Shown: positions 12,561 to 25,320 of the stretch, piece by piece
Layout of the letters: every line of letters begins with the position of its first letter
Numbering within the stretch: position 1 is the stretch's first letter
Assembly (NCBI RefSeq): GCF_006345805.1
Contig: NC_043004.1
Coordinates: 64,852,001 to 64,916,000 of the forward strand
Origin: Octopus sinensis
Lineage: Eukaryota
DNA length: 64,000 bases
Direction: 5' to 3'
Translations under genes and position numbers: made by a program
Notes under the pieces: generated by a model
Told to the model about the DNA's origin: nothing
Seen by the model: only the letters and a program-made list of their open reading frames with translations
Database searches by the model: none

Positions 12561-12990
12561 AGTCACAGATATATATGAAGACGGGTTGTTCATGGTAGAA
12601 AAACACATTTACCGCCCACTCTTACAGTAACTGCATTTAGTAAAACGTCCCAAGTGCAGTGGAATTGCTGAGAATGTTTAAATTGAAGTGTTTAAATGAA
12701 AGAGAAAATATAAAAATAAAGTCTAAATTAGTGAAGTCTAAAAATTAAACAAAAAAAGACAAACTTATCTGTGAGGCGATAACTTATTCGTTCTTGATAC
12801 GGTCCAACAGAGTCGAATGTCAATACGGTGTGGTATGTCGACAATGAAAAACAACTTCTACTTCCAGACGAATATGTCTTCATAGCAAAGCGGACTAATA
12901 AAACTTACAAAAATTTGTTGTTCAGCAGATATCTATGAGAGTTACGTCCCTTAAGTAATTCTTTATTTAGTTATCTCCCTTAGTAATTTA

Positions 12991-13291
12991 TCTTTATATA
13001 TAAAAGTGAAGTTATGTGTCTGTCTCCTACAATTTAGATTCCTAACTACTCCCACATTTTGCGGTGCAGTTTAACCAAAAGCGGGTATCTTATAGTCGTG
13101 ATTCATATCGAGCCCTTCTGGGTATTAGCACGCGTCTACGATGAGCCTACGATTAAAAAAAAAAATTTATCATCATTTATTCCCATTTTTAATGCACTTT
13201 TTTTGCTATTATATAAGGGAGGTAACTCTCTAAAAATGCTTATATAGTTATTTCCCTTACAAATCCGAGCAACGCCGGGCGATACTGCTAG
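12991..13291 (+). mobile_element. Non-autonomous Helitron-like element
   Basis: 5' TC(tttatatataaaa), a subterminal GC hairpin (ccgagcaacgccgg) and a 3' CTAG, inserted between A and T. It is absent from the paralogous region near 24960. Confidence 0.72.
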
Positions 13292-13817
13292 TTAATTAAT
13301 AAACCAAAGATTGTTTATATTTTTTAATTGGACGCCGTTAGGTTAAATTAATCCTGGTAGTGTTTTGGAATAGCTATCACCGCTACCACATAGGGAAAGG
13401 GGAAAGGAATTGAAGGACAAAAATGTAAAAGAAACTGAAATTTTGAAAAAATTTTTGGCGGAATTCTGCTTTAAGCACACCATACAACTTTTATGCTTTG
13501 GGGAATTTTCAGAAAATTTTTTGTGTATTTGTGTTCTGCACACGAGGATTCGTACGACTATCAAAAAAATTTCTACAATCATTTTTTGAATCATTTTTTT
13601 TTTCTTTGCGGTTTCTTTTTTTTCTTTTATGTTTTTTTGTTTAAATACCACCAATAGGCTTTTAAATGTGTTTATGAGGAAAAAGTTATCGAAAAACATC
13701 GATATATCAGAATGGCAAAAAAACGAGGAGACAATAAAGTTGTTGTAAGATATATGCTAAAAATAACACCTAAATAGCCCTTAAATCACATACAATTCTT
13801 CTTTTTCTTCTTTTTTT

Positions 13818-13960
13818 TTGCTTACCAACCACATGGTTCCAGGTTCAGTCCCACTGTGTGGCACTTTGAGCAAGCGTCTTCTACTATACCCTCGGACCGA
13901 TCAAAGCCTTGTGAGTGGATTTGGTAGACAAACTGAAAGTCCGTCGTGTATATATATATA
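13818..13960 (+). mobile_element. OK/OR-like SINE fragment
   Basis: Family match. Confidence 0.75.
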
Positions 13961-14107
13961 CTTCTACCTTTACGATGCTTTATTTTACTGGAAAGTAATA
14001 CATTTGTATTGCAATATTTTATTTTCTATTTTTCATTGAAAATTTTTTCACTATTCTCGCGAGTATACTGGCATTGATGTAGCAACATTTGAAATATTGT
14101 CCAGGTA

Positions 14108-14181
14108 AATCCAGCTGATGAAGACTAATCAAATTTACGATGACAAATGTATTTGAAGAGTCCGAAATTTAGGTATGGGTT
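14108..14181 (+). ncRNA. Type I hammerhead-like motif with extended stem II
   Basis: aatcca-g-CTGATGA-a-GACT...AGTC-c-GAAA-tttagg-T-A-tgggtt; stem III is an eroded palindrome. Confidence 0.5.
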
Positions 14182-14343
14182 ATCCGATTCTGGGTTGTCC
14201 ATTTATATAATGTTATTCCTAGAGGTAAGACAAAAATGTTTATGTTTGCTGCCCTGACACGTCTTTGCCAGTTACAACACATTGAAGCTTTACTATAGCG
14301 TCGTAAATGTATCGACTGCTATTTCAAGTAAACATTGATGCTT

Positions 14344-17300
14344 TCATTTTTGGATTTGGTTTGCAAGATTCTTTATGTGAGTTCGTGTGATTCGTTCGAC
14401 AAAGCCTTCCTCTCTATTCTCATCCTCCTTTTCAAGTGGTACTTCCGTTTTCCCTTCCCGTTTAAAGGAAGGTGGTGGAACAATATTCACGATAGACTCG
14501 GCCGATAAGCGGGCCCGTCCTACACGCGACAACAGCTGTTCGACGAAGGTCCACAGCTCTGAAATATCTGGACACTGCACGAGTGCGTGCAGAACGGTTT
14601 CGTCGCTCTGACTGCATCTCGGGCAGGTCGATCCAGTGATGGTTTTCGAACCGTGCCTGCAGCTCTTCTCTCGAACAGGTAGTGCGTCTCGATAGCATTG
14701 CCAAGCCAGGGATCTCTGGAAGTTATCCATAGGCCCCGGCCCGAACATCGTCCTGAAAAGGCGGGTTAGGAATTTCTCGTCGACGCCCAGGTTTGCCCCG
14801 AGTGTGTCGTCGGAGCTCCCCTCCACTAGTCCTCTATAGAACGCTTTAGTCGTTTGTAAGTTGCACAAGCTTGATCCCGGTCGGCAGAGCTGCTGTAGAG
14901 CTTGGCGATACTCTCGGTGCCAATCGCCCAGTTTCGGTCTCTTCTTGATCCACGTTTGCAGTTCGGTCAGTGAGACGAGCTGCGGGAAGGCACGCCTCAC
15001 AAACGGCGCCCACACCTGTTCACTGTCATCGATGAAGTTCCAGAGATGTCGAAGTCTCAGCGCATGCCTGCGCATCATCAACCACGGCATGCCCAGTCCT
15101 CCATTTAACGGATGTTGACAGCAAATGGACTTCTTCACCATCGGAACGCCACAGGAAGCGGAAGAATATCCGTTCCAGTTTGGTGATGGTGGCGTCGGGA
15201 CAAGGCACGACGGTCAGGCGGTAATCGATGACGGATGCGATGTACGCGTTCGCCACCTCCGCCCGGCCTTTTAGAGACAGCTTTCTCTCGGCCCATGTTT
15301 GGCTGAGAGCGACCACTCTACTCGTGATCTCGTCCCAGTTCTTATCCATTTGGAGGTCCGGACTGAACCAGACCCCGAGCAATTTAACCGGTCCGTCCGT
15401 CCAGCGTCCCACTACTGAGCCGCAGTCGGACGGCATGGGCTTGCTTCTCCAGGTGCCGAGTTGCAAACCCACTGACTTTTCCGGGTTAATTTTCGCTCCC
15501 GTCACCGTTTCGTATTTTTTTAGTGTCTCGCCTATCATCTGGATGTGTTTTTCGCTCGACACTATGACGGTGACATCGTCCGCATATGCCAACACGCTCG
15601 TCCCGCAACCCAGTTCCCGTGGGATGCCCCTCAGTGTCGCCAGCTTCCGCAGTAGCGGCTCGAGAGTCAATACATACAGAAGCGCCGACAGGGGACACCC
15701 CTGACGGACCGAACGCGTGATGTCAAACGGTTTCGACAGGTGACCGTTCACCCGAATCACCGACCGGATGCCGCTATATAAGGCAGCGATCCAACCGCGG
15801 AAAACGGAACCGAAGCCAGCCGCCAAGTACCGATGTTCGACCCTATCGAAGGCTTTAGACTGATCCAAATTGGTCAGTGACCCACCCATGCCAGGATCCT
15901 TAACTACCCTATCCACAATGTAGCGAATCAGATGGAGGTTGTCATGTATGGTTCTGCCCGGCACGACGCATGTTTGCGCCGTGTCGACCAGTTTACCAAT
16001 GACAAGCGCCAACCTCTCGGCTATTACTTTGGTCAAAATTTTCAAATCTGCGTTGAGCAGAGTGATGGGCCTGAAATTATCTATAAAATTCCCCTTGTTT
16101 GGGTCTTTCTTCAGCAACGTCACTGCACCTCGGCTCACGAAACCAGGGATTCTCCCGTTTTGTTGCCAGATGCAGTAGACTGATGCCAAGAGGTCGCCAA
16201 ACAAGTCTGGCATTTGACAATACAGCTCGTAGGGTAAACCATTCAATCCAGGTGACTTATCCCTCGCGCAGCCCGCCATCGCATCCCGCACGTCAGCGGC
16301 TGTGATGGGACTTTCACAACACTCCGCTTCTCTTGCCGAGAGCCGCGGCAGGTCGGTCAGGTAGGCACTGAAATCCATTCCGCGTTCCGACTCACCACTC
16401 GCACCAAACAGTCGAGCAAAGTGCTGTTGAAAGGCCTCACACATCCTTTCGGGTTCGAGTAAACTGCATCCCTGTTGATCTATTAGAGACCGAATGGTGG
16501 CTCTGTTGCCACGTTGCGCCTCCGCTACCCGGGCCTCTCGCGCAGCTTCAATCCCTTCGTATCTTAAGGCACGCATTTTAGCTCTGACGACGCAACCTTC
16601 GTGTTTGGCGTTGAGGTGTTGGTCGAGGGCCATCCTCGCAGCCAGCACGTTGGTTGCGTTGCCAATAGAAAGTGCCTCTTCTAGTTTTTTAACCAGGTCT
16701 CCCTCTACTCTATTTCGATCTATCGCTAATTCCTTGCTAAACCTAATTGATTCCGATTTTATTGCCATTTTCAGGGCGAACCACCAGCGGTTGTTAACGA
16801 CGGCTCCCGCCAACGCCCTCTTAATTAACTCGCTAATCCGGTTCCTGTAAACCTGTCGCGCTAAGAGCGACGTGTTCAGTTTCCAGTAACCGGGACCCTG
16901 TCTATGTGTCTTATCTAAGTCGAGCGTACATGTCACATATTTGTGATCTGTGTAGCTGACTATTTTAAATTGTGGACATCCTACACTATCCCTATCCGCT
17001 GTCCTGCATAGAATTCTATCTAGATAAGATCTCGACGATCCGACGCAGTTTGTCCAAGTCCACGTTGGCACGTTCGGACGGTCAAGTCGGAACCTGTCAG
17101 ACAAATGGAAACGTCTGAGTAGGTCTTTGAGGCACTTACACCCCCTTCTATTCCTATCCTTTCCCACATAGTCTAGATGCGTGTCCAAGGTAGCGTTCCA
17201 ATCCCCTACTAACAGTAAAGGTCTAGACGTACCCAGGAAAACCTCAAGACGTCTGAAGAAATCCGCCCGACCCGTTAAGGATGGTGCATAAACTGCCATC

Positions 17301-17623
17301 AGACGGAATGCACACCCATTTCTGTCATCCACGTCCAAGACAACCAGCCTACCATCCGGGTCTAGGAATATTGTTCTTACTTTTACATTTAGACTCTTTT
17401 GAAAAAGCACAACGGTACCTTCACCACCCATGTTCGGCAGACAGGGAGAAAAATAAATGTCGAATTGATCGCCAAACATGGACGCGAGGGCCCGCGGCTT
17501 GCTGAGTCTGGTTTCACTGATAGCTACTATATCCACGTTCAGTGACTTGATGTCTTTTAGAAGGTAACCTTGTTTCCAAGCCGACGCCAAGCCACGCGCA
17601 TTCACACAACCTAATTTAAGCAT
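14344..17623 (-). pseudogene. L1/Tx1 ORF2 (APE-RT-zinc knuckle), frameshift near 15140
   Basis: NARGL, SET, VYAP, GDWN, YLDR, TDH, YWKLN, KSPG, FRPITLLN, KAFDRV, RQGCPLS and YADD; ORF 14344..15141 continues with GGLG and CPRC...ETVLHALVQC. Confidence 0.92.
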
Positions 17624-19830
17624 AACTGATGTTTAAGAAATTTGTGTTTCACACACTACATTGAGAGAGACAAGAGGCAAGAGGGAAGGTCACTTACTCA
17701 TTTCGAAAGTTTCAGTTTTTTTCTTCTTTTGAAATGTCTTTGAGGAGGTGTTTGTATAGTTTCTTTAATAAATATTTTTGAACCCCCCCCCCCTACCGCA
17801 TTTGGAAATATGGTTTTCACTGTGTGGTGTTGTGTTTGTGTTATGTGTACAATTCTTATGTGTTTCGGTGGTGTAGTGCGCGGATGATTATTTATTTTAA
17901 AGTCATCTTCACAGATGTTCGTGTTGAAAGCAATGTATTCCATTAGTTTTTTATTGTCCGTGTCTATTGCTGTTAGTTGTGTGTGTGGTTTTGCGGGGTC
18001 ATTGATGTTTTGATTGTCTAAGGGGGTGCTGTCCGGAGTTAAATATCTTCCTGCTTTACTTACTTGTTTGGTGGGCTTTTTTTATCTTTTCCTTTTACCC
18101 CCTGTGGCCATTCCATCGAACTTTCGTCGTTGGACGAAGAGTCTGACGAATCAGAAGGGGGTAAAGGCAAAGCATTTGCGTTAATATGTATGTTTGTAGA
18201 AATTGTTGCTGTTTTGTGCGGTGTTTGTGTTGTTGTGGTGTTAGGGGTAGAATTTGTCTTCTCATCACTGTTTTCTGTTTTCTTAGTTGTCGTCCTTGGT
18301 GCTGGTGTTGGTATGTCTTTTGGTGTTGGTTTTGGTATAGTATCTTTAATTGGTTGCGACGTCAACGGTAATTGTGTTGGTGCTGTTTCTTTTCGTGATG
18401 ATGTTGGGGTTTGTTTGCTGGTTTGTTGTTTTTCTTGGCATTGTTCCATAATTGGGTGTGGTGGTGTTGGTAGCAAAGGTTTTTTTATTTGTTTTCTGAT
18501 TTGTTTTTTCTGTCCCAGAACGCACTTCGCAATTAAGTGTTCTGGACCGCCACAGCATCTTGGTTTTTTCCCCTTCTGCTACCACATATAAGCTTTGCCC
18601 ATTTTCCAAATGAATATTTGGTAGGTTCTCGATAGAGGACCCATCGATCTGAATGGTTACCTCTATTGATTTACCACCCCAATTATCATTTTTGAACACG
18701 GCGATTTCCAAAATGTTTATCGATTTCAAATGATAACATATCGCCGATGTTATCCATTTGGGTAGTATTTCTGTCGGGACATTTTTTATTCTAATTTTGC
18801 TCACTCTTTGTCCTTTGTAATATGGTATCATGATGATTTCATCATTTTGCAAAGTCTCCGTAGAGTGAGCTTTTGCCACTTCCTGGTTAGGGAAGCGAAC
18901 CACCACTGTATTAAACTGGGGACCCCAGTTTATGTACTCTTTTATTTTCATTATTTTTATCACGCATTTCTCTACTTCCGTTTTGTTTTTTTGTTTTTTC
19001 TAATAATTCTATATATAATTGTTTTTTTTTCTATTTCTTCTTTAATATGTTGTGGTGTATGTAATATTAAATCTTGCCTTGAGGTTGTGAAGAGTGATCT
19101 TGTCTCTATCAACTCTTCATTTGTGAACTGTATAATTTCTTTTTCTGACGCAGGGTGTCAGCGAAATTCACAGTTCTATTCTGGCAGTTGTTGTCGTTGT
19201 GTGTTTTTGTTGTTGTTGTATCAGAATTATTCTTGGTTTTAGCTTTTTCATGTACTGTTTCTTCTGTTATGTTAATATTATCTTCACTATTGGGTGTGAT
19301 AATATTTATTTCATTTTTGTTGTTGTTATTCTTGTTATTGTTAATGGTCTTTGTGTCAGTTTTAGTTCTATCATTTATGTTGGTGGTGGTGTTGATTTCA
19401 GTTTTATCTTTCTTTCTTTCAGCGTCCTTGTCGACTGTATTTTCCAAAACAGGGAAATCTTCGTAGAATATTTTTCTGCGATAAGATTTCTCGACGTTAT
19501 TTTTTTTTCCAAGAAAAAGAAAAATAAATTGATGAAAATGCCCCTATGGGCGAATTCTATATTTAAAAAAGACTCAAACGAAAGTTGGGCGTTTGAAAAG
19601 TTGAAAAACTCCGACAATGTAGAACGTAAAGAATAAATGCAAACGAGAGAGAGAGAACAGCGTTTGTATGTTATGAGAAACGCTTCGCCGACATTGTGTG
19701 AGAAAAACAAGTTATTGCAGCAAAAATTTTGATATATATTCGAGGCTGAAAATGCCCCTAGGGGCAAAATCCCCTCCGGAAAACACACCCAGACGAAAGC
19801 TGGGTGTCTTACACACTCCGTGTGCAAAAA
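14390..19830 (-). mobile_element. L1/Tx1-clade LINE, near full length, with frameshifts and a damaged 3' end
   Basis: A broken ORF1 (about 19450-17700) is followed by an ORF2 with APE endonuclease, RT and a C-terminal CCHC motif. Confidence 0.9.
17698..19447 (-). pseudogene. L1/Tx1 ORF1 fragments (RRM-like region, CCHC knuckle remnant, T/P-rich low complexity)
   Basis: ORFs 19109..19447, 18346..18963, 18060..18476 and 17698..17943 lie directly upstream of ORF2; there is a C.CGGPEHLIAKC-like segment near 18520-18565. Confidence 0.65.
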
Positions 19831-19910
19831 TTAAAACGAAACTTTGTCAAAAACACAATAAAATAAGCAGTTAACCTAGGAGCTGATCTGTTAATGAATA
19901 CTATCAAACG

Positions 19911-19979
<69 letters not shown>
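19911..19979. repeat. (GATA)n microsatellite
   Basis: Perfect tetranucleotide run. Confidence 0.97.
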
Positions 19980-19980
<1 letters not shown>

Positions 19981-20342
19981 AACTTACTTGGAAATGGATG
20001 CGTGGCGTTCGATCATATGATAATATAAATAATATATAAATATATGCATATATACATACATATATGTACATACCTACATATACATGTATATATGAGTACA
20101 GGACATCAAAAAAACGTAGACAAAATGAGAAACGAGAACATAAAACACAAAAACATAGATCTTCGGAACGCGGAGTAGATAAAACAAGGGACAACTGTTG
20201 AAGGGAATGTTTTTATGTTCCTGGTTCGTTTCCCTGTTTCTTTTGTTGTTCGGAAAGAAAAGTTCGTTTTCTAAGTTTTTGCTTTTTATGTTCTCGTTTC
20301 TCATTTTGTCTACGTTTTTTTACGTCCTGTACCCATATATGC

Positions 20343-20538
<196 letters not shown>

Positions 20539-20617
20539 AGCGAAGGTAAAGAATACGCACACCCGGTGTTTAGGGTTAGAGTTTACGTTACGCTGAAAAC
20601 GAGTAGAGTGCTATATA

Positions 20618-21784
20618 TATCAAGTCATCCCATAAGTTCTGTCCTATTTTATCTTTTCTAAAATTGAATGAAATTTAATAGTATTTTAGAATGTCTAATG
20701 GAATTTTAAATTATTTTTATGCATTTGTGCACATTTAAATTAATTTAAAATTTCTTTGATTAAAACCCTTTCTAGCATGGAAGTATCCAAAGAGCATTTA
20801 AGATACATAATGCTTTATGAGTACAAAAAAGGAAACTCTGCAGCCGAAGCGACTCGAAACACACACTCAGTTTAGGGGGCGAAATGCTTGAATGAAAGAA
20901 CTTGCAGAAGATGGTTTGCAAAATTCAGAAGTGGAGATTTCAGCCTTGAGGATGAAGATCGAACACAACGTCCAATTTAGTTTGATTATAAGCTCCTTGA
21001 GGTATTATTTGAAGAAAATCCTGCATTATCAGTTGAAGAATGGTACTAAAGCTTAGTTCAAACCATACAACTGTTCATCGTCATCTTCAACAACTTGGAA
21101 AGGTTCCTAAACTTCGAAAATGGGTGCCTCATGAATTGTCCGAAAGCAACCGCAAATCCCGAGTTGACATCTGCTCTTCTCTCCATTCTCGCGAACTCAT
21201 TTCACTCTTTTTCGATAGACTTGTGACTGGTGACGAAAAATGGATCTTCTATCGAAATGTTAAACGTCGTAAACAGTGGCTTGGTAAAAGGGAAAAGGCT
21301 CAACCACAACCGAGAAGGGAACTTCATGGGAAAAGGTTTCTTCTCTCTATCTGGTGGGATTGCAAAGGAGTAATTCACTTTGAATTGTTACCACCTAATG
21401 CAACAATCAATGCTCAAGTCTACTGATAACAATTAAAGCATTTGAACTAAGCTTTGAAGATCGAATAGCAAGAGCTTAGTTGGGAAAAAATTCTTCATCC
21501 ACCTTACATCTCCAGACCTTGCTCCTTCAGATTACCATCTGTTTTGTAGTTTACAGAATCATTTGGAAGACATAACTTTCGCAAGCCAGGAGGAGGTCGA
21601 AACTGACATTTCGGAGTTCGCTTTGAAACCAAAAGAGTTTTACATTGATGGGATTAAAAACCTTGTAAATAGATGGAAGAAAGTCGTAGATAATCAGGGA
21701 AAGTACATTGATGGTTAAATATAACATTTGATCATTTGTTTTCTTTATTCAAAATTCGGACATAACTTATGGGATGACCTGATA
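20618..21784 (+). mobile_element. Mariner DNA transposon, defective, both TIRs present
   Basis: TIRs tatcaagtcatcccataagttctgtcc / ggacataacttatgggatgacctgata in TA context. The transposase starts at ATG 20777 and has WVPHEL, TGDEKW and PDLAPSDYHLF, with stops and an internal deletion near 21460. Confidence 0.93.
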
Positions 21785-21859
21785 TATACATACACACACA
21801 CACACATATATATATATACATATATATACACATATATATACATATATATACACATATAT

Positions 21860-22361
21860 ATAGAAATATTAAAATTACTAAGTCTCTCTAAAGGAGATTA
21901 CGGCAGCGTTACTGGATATTAATAGTTATCGCCAAACTAATATGGCAGTCCATAAATATAAGACTAAAGCTGTCGTTGATTAGCTCCAAGAGACCATCGC
22001 CTCTAGCTAGCTATATGACACACGAACCTGCGTCCATTACAACCTTCGAACAGGGGAGGTCAGCCGCTTCACCTTGCTGGTCAGACATCTGCAGGCATGT
22101 TTCAAGGTTGTTGCCCTTTATCAATGCAGCGTAGTCAGACCCAGCAGGTGTTGCTACCGACCGTCTGTTCGAAGATTTTATTTACCTAGTTTCAGTGGAA
22201 TACATCCACTTGTTTTCAATAATAGAAATATTAAAATTACTATGTCTCTCTAAAGGAGATTACGGCAGCGTTACTGGATATTAATAGTTATCGCCAAACA
22301 TGTCTGCAGATGTCTGACCAGCAAGGTGAAGCGGCTGACCTCCCCTGTTCGAAGGTTGTAA
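21860..22361. repeat. Direct plus inverted repeat structure (Penelope pLTR-like)
   Basis: 78-bp direct repeat at 21860-21937 / 22222-22299; 22296-22361 is the reverse complement of 22037-22102. Confidence 0.85.
22089..22129 (-). ncRNA. Minimal type I hammerhead, U3:A8 variant (U16.1 mutated in this copy)
   Basis: Reverse complement: ctgca-TTGATAA-AGGG caacaa CCTT-GAAA-CATG-C-C-tgcag. The inverted partial copy at 22296 keeps ACATGT-C. Confidence 0.62.
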
Positions 22362-23436
22362 ACAAGACTACTGTCAACACGTGCTTCCTCGCAGAATTTC
22401 AGAGACTGTTACTATGGCAACAGGCAACAGAGTTCTCATGTTCCAGTTCATTATTATCGAAACAGACATGAATGTGTCTGTGACTTATGATTGGTTAAAA
22501 TTACCAAAATTTTCAAAATTTAATTACTAATAACTCTTTATTTATTGATTTCTAGCGAAAATTACTTTCACGTCATTAATTAGCCGATAAAAGTATCATT
22601 ACACTGAATATTAAATCAATTCGAAGAGAAAATTCACGCTGGAAGCCGCTGACAGCCAAACAGGTGGTGATCCAGCATGGCCGCAGTCAAATGACTGAAA
22701 CAAGTAAAAGAATTAAAGAACCATATGAATTCCTGTGTAGAACACAAATGCGCAAAAGTTTTCTGATAATTTCAATAATTTCAACAAAAAAAAAAAGTTA
22801 TGCCGCACTTAAACCAGAATCGTTTTTTTTTGTTTTTTTTTACTGGAATGTGATTCCCGTTGCATGAAAGACAAAAACTACGAACAATGGAAGAAGAACT
22901 ACCACCATTTCCTTGCTCTTCTCATTCCCCAAGAGCAGTGATAGCTATTGCAAATGTTCTGTGTGCGTACGCGCGTATGCATGTGTTTAGGGTTTGGCCG
23001 GAAGGAAGGCACAACTTTCGCATCTTTTGCAGGCCAATGGAGAGATTGATAAGATTTCAAGATTCTATTGAACAAATGCAAATTGATAGCAATCGGAATA
23101 ATGGAAACAGAAGAGGAATGTTTAATTGATTCTTCAGCAATACGCAAGTAAGAATGTCAATAGGTTATTAAATAGGAACTGGCCTTATGAAATAAATAAA
23201 AAAACTTTACCTTTCTTCTGATATTATGATGTGGGTGAAAACAAAAATTGGAATGGAGTTTTGAAGGAAACGAAAAAGTTATTGTACATAAAATCCTTAT
23301 TTTAGTGAACTTTATTCTCTTTCTTTTATTTTACTGACCACATCATTCCACTTTTCTCCTCCTTTTTACGGCCACACTTCGAATACTGCTGCCCCTTATG
23401 GTCTTCACATACAAAACAAAACATTTCGATGATTGA

Positions 23437-23955
23437 ATCACCCCAGAGGGCACTCAATAAATGAATTGAAGGCATGACTGATCTCGATTACTGTGTCTGC
23501 CTTAAAGCTTTGAAACTCTACTCTCTTGAGCGCCGCTGCGAGCGGTACATGATTTGTACGATGTGGGGAATATACCGCCAGCATTGCCCAAACGACCTGA
23601 ACATTAGTTTCAAGGTTCATCCAAAGCTGGGACCACGGGCCGTACGTCCCCTGCTCAATTCAGGATGACAACATATAGGTACACTACGACATAATTTCTT
23701 TTCCTCAACAGGCCCTGCCTTGTTTAACATTGTCCCAAAGCTGATCAAAGAGGAAAAGGATCCCATCACCTTTAAACAGATTTCTTCAAGGAATACCAGA
23801 TAAGCCACCCATACCTGGATATAACTTACTCAACAAGAACTCACTACTTGAATGGTCCATAAACAAAACTTGACTTAAAAAGGATTTAGATAATCCTGTC
23901 AGGTGGTGCTATTAAGTTAGACATGGCCTGGACCAATCTTTGGTCGAAACATATC
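23437..23955 (+). mobile_element. 3' fragment of a non-LTR retrotransposon (CR1/L2/I-group-like)
   Basis: LDY...LKALKLYSLERRCERY is a typical LINE ORF2 C-terminus; the fragment ends in ggtggtgct...catggcc plus a hairpin and gaaac. Confidence 0.7.
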
Positions 23956-24975
23956 TAAGTTTTACATCAAAACGAATATATACAGTTAAAATTACAAGTA
24001 TAGGATCTGTATTCTACAACCATCTATTTGAGTAAAGATACGTATAAAACAAAAATTAATACTAAAAATTACTTCAAATCATTTATTAAAAAATTAATCA
24101 AGAATACAAACAATACTACTAAAAATAAAGCTAATAACAAAAAGTTCGCTTCTTTATCACGTAGTTTTACATTCAGTGATACTACCCAGCATCTTATCTT
24201 CAGTGATGGTACATCTTGACCCGAAAGCCAAACAATGTCTGTGGGACGTTTGATACTGCTCTAAAATGCAGAAAAGTTTTGAGCGGCCGTTCCACCGACT
24301 AAAATTAGCATCAAATTCTTCCTCAAATCAATCTTGACATCTTAAATTATGTAGTGACTGAAGACGGATTGTTTCGTGGCTTAAAAGCATAAACGTAAGT
24401 CTACTGAACCAGACGTGGTCTTATGTTAACCAACAAGGTTCTAGTTTTACGTTATTTCTTCATTTGTATTGAGTTACGGACCAATTTTGTTATTTTTTGC
24501 AGCGTGTCATCTACTGCCCGCTGTTACGATAGCAACTGCATTTAATAAAACATCTGAAATACAATTGAAAAAGTCCCAAGTGCAGGGAGTGACTGAATTT
24601 AAAGTCCTTAAAAGTAAAACAAAATATGAAAAAGAGATCTAAAACAGTGAAAATGGTTTGAAAATTTATAGGAAATTAAAACTTATCTGAAACGGTAAAT
24701 TTATCCTTAATACGGTCCAGCAAAGAAGAACGTAAATATGCTAATGGAGAACAACTACTTCCAGACGAATGTGTGTTGATGACACACTTCTTTTAACAGC
24801 ATAAGGGAAATTTGGGAGAGGCGGTATTTCGACACTTCAATCTGTTCTGCCAAAGCCAGCTCGAATTGATATAACATCAAGAATTATAATTTCAGCGGAT
24901 ATCTCCAAGAGTTATGTCGCTTTAATAATTCTTTACCTAGTTATTTCCCTTAAAATTTAATATATAAACTAATGA

Positions 24976-25320
24976 CTCTTTTACTTGTTTGTCATTCTGA
25001 CTGTGGCCATGCTGCAGCACCGCCTTTTAGTCGAGCAAGTCAAATCCAGGACTTGTTCTTTGTAAGTGGTCTCTTTTGTCGAACCGCTAAGTTACGGGGA
25101 CGTAAACACACCAGCATCGGTTGTCAAGCGATGTTGGGGGGACAGACACATAAACATATACACACACATACATTTATATATACATATATACGTCGGGCTT
25201 CTTTCTGTTTCCGTCAACCAAATCCACTCACAAGGCTTTGGTCGGCCCGAGGCTATAGTAGAAGACACTTGCCCAAGGTACCACGCAGTGGGACTGAACC
25301 TGGAACCATGTGGTTGGCTG
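24976..25320 (-). mobile_element. OK/OR-like SINE
   Basis: Family match. Confidence 0.85.

Noticed and set aside
23930-23952. Hairpin followed by GAAAC as a hammerhead half
   Set aside because: There is no CUGANGA or UUGANAA core upstream; it is better explained as a LINE 3' recognition stem-loop.
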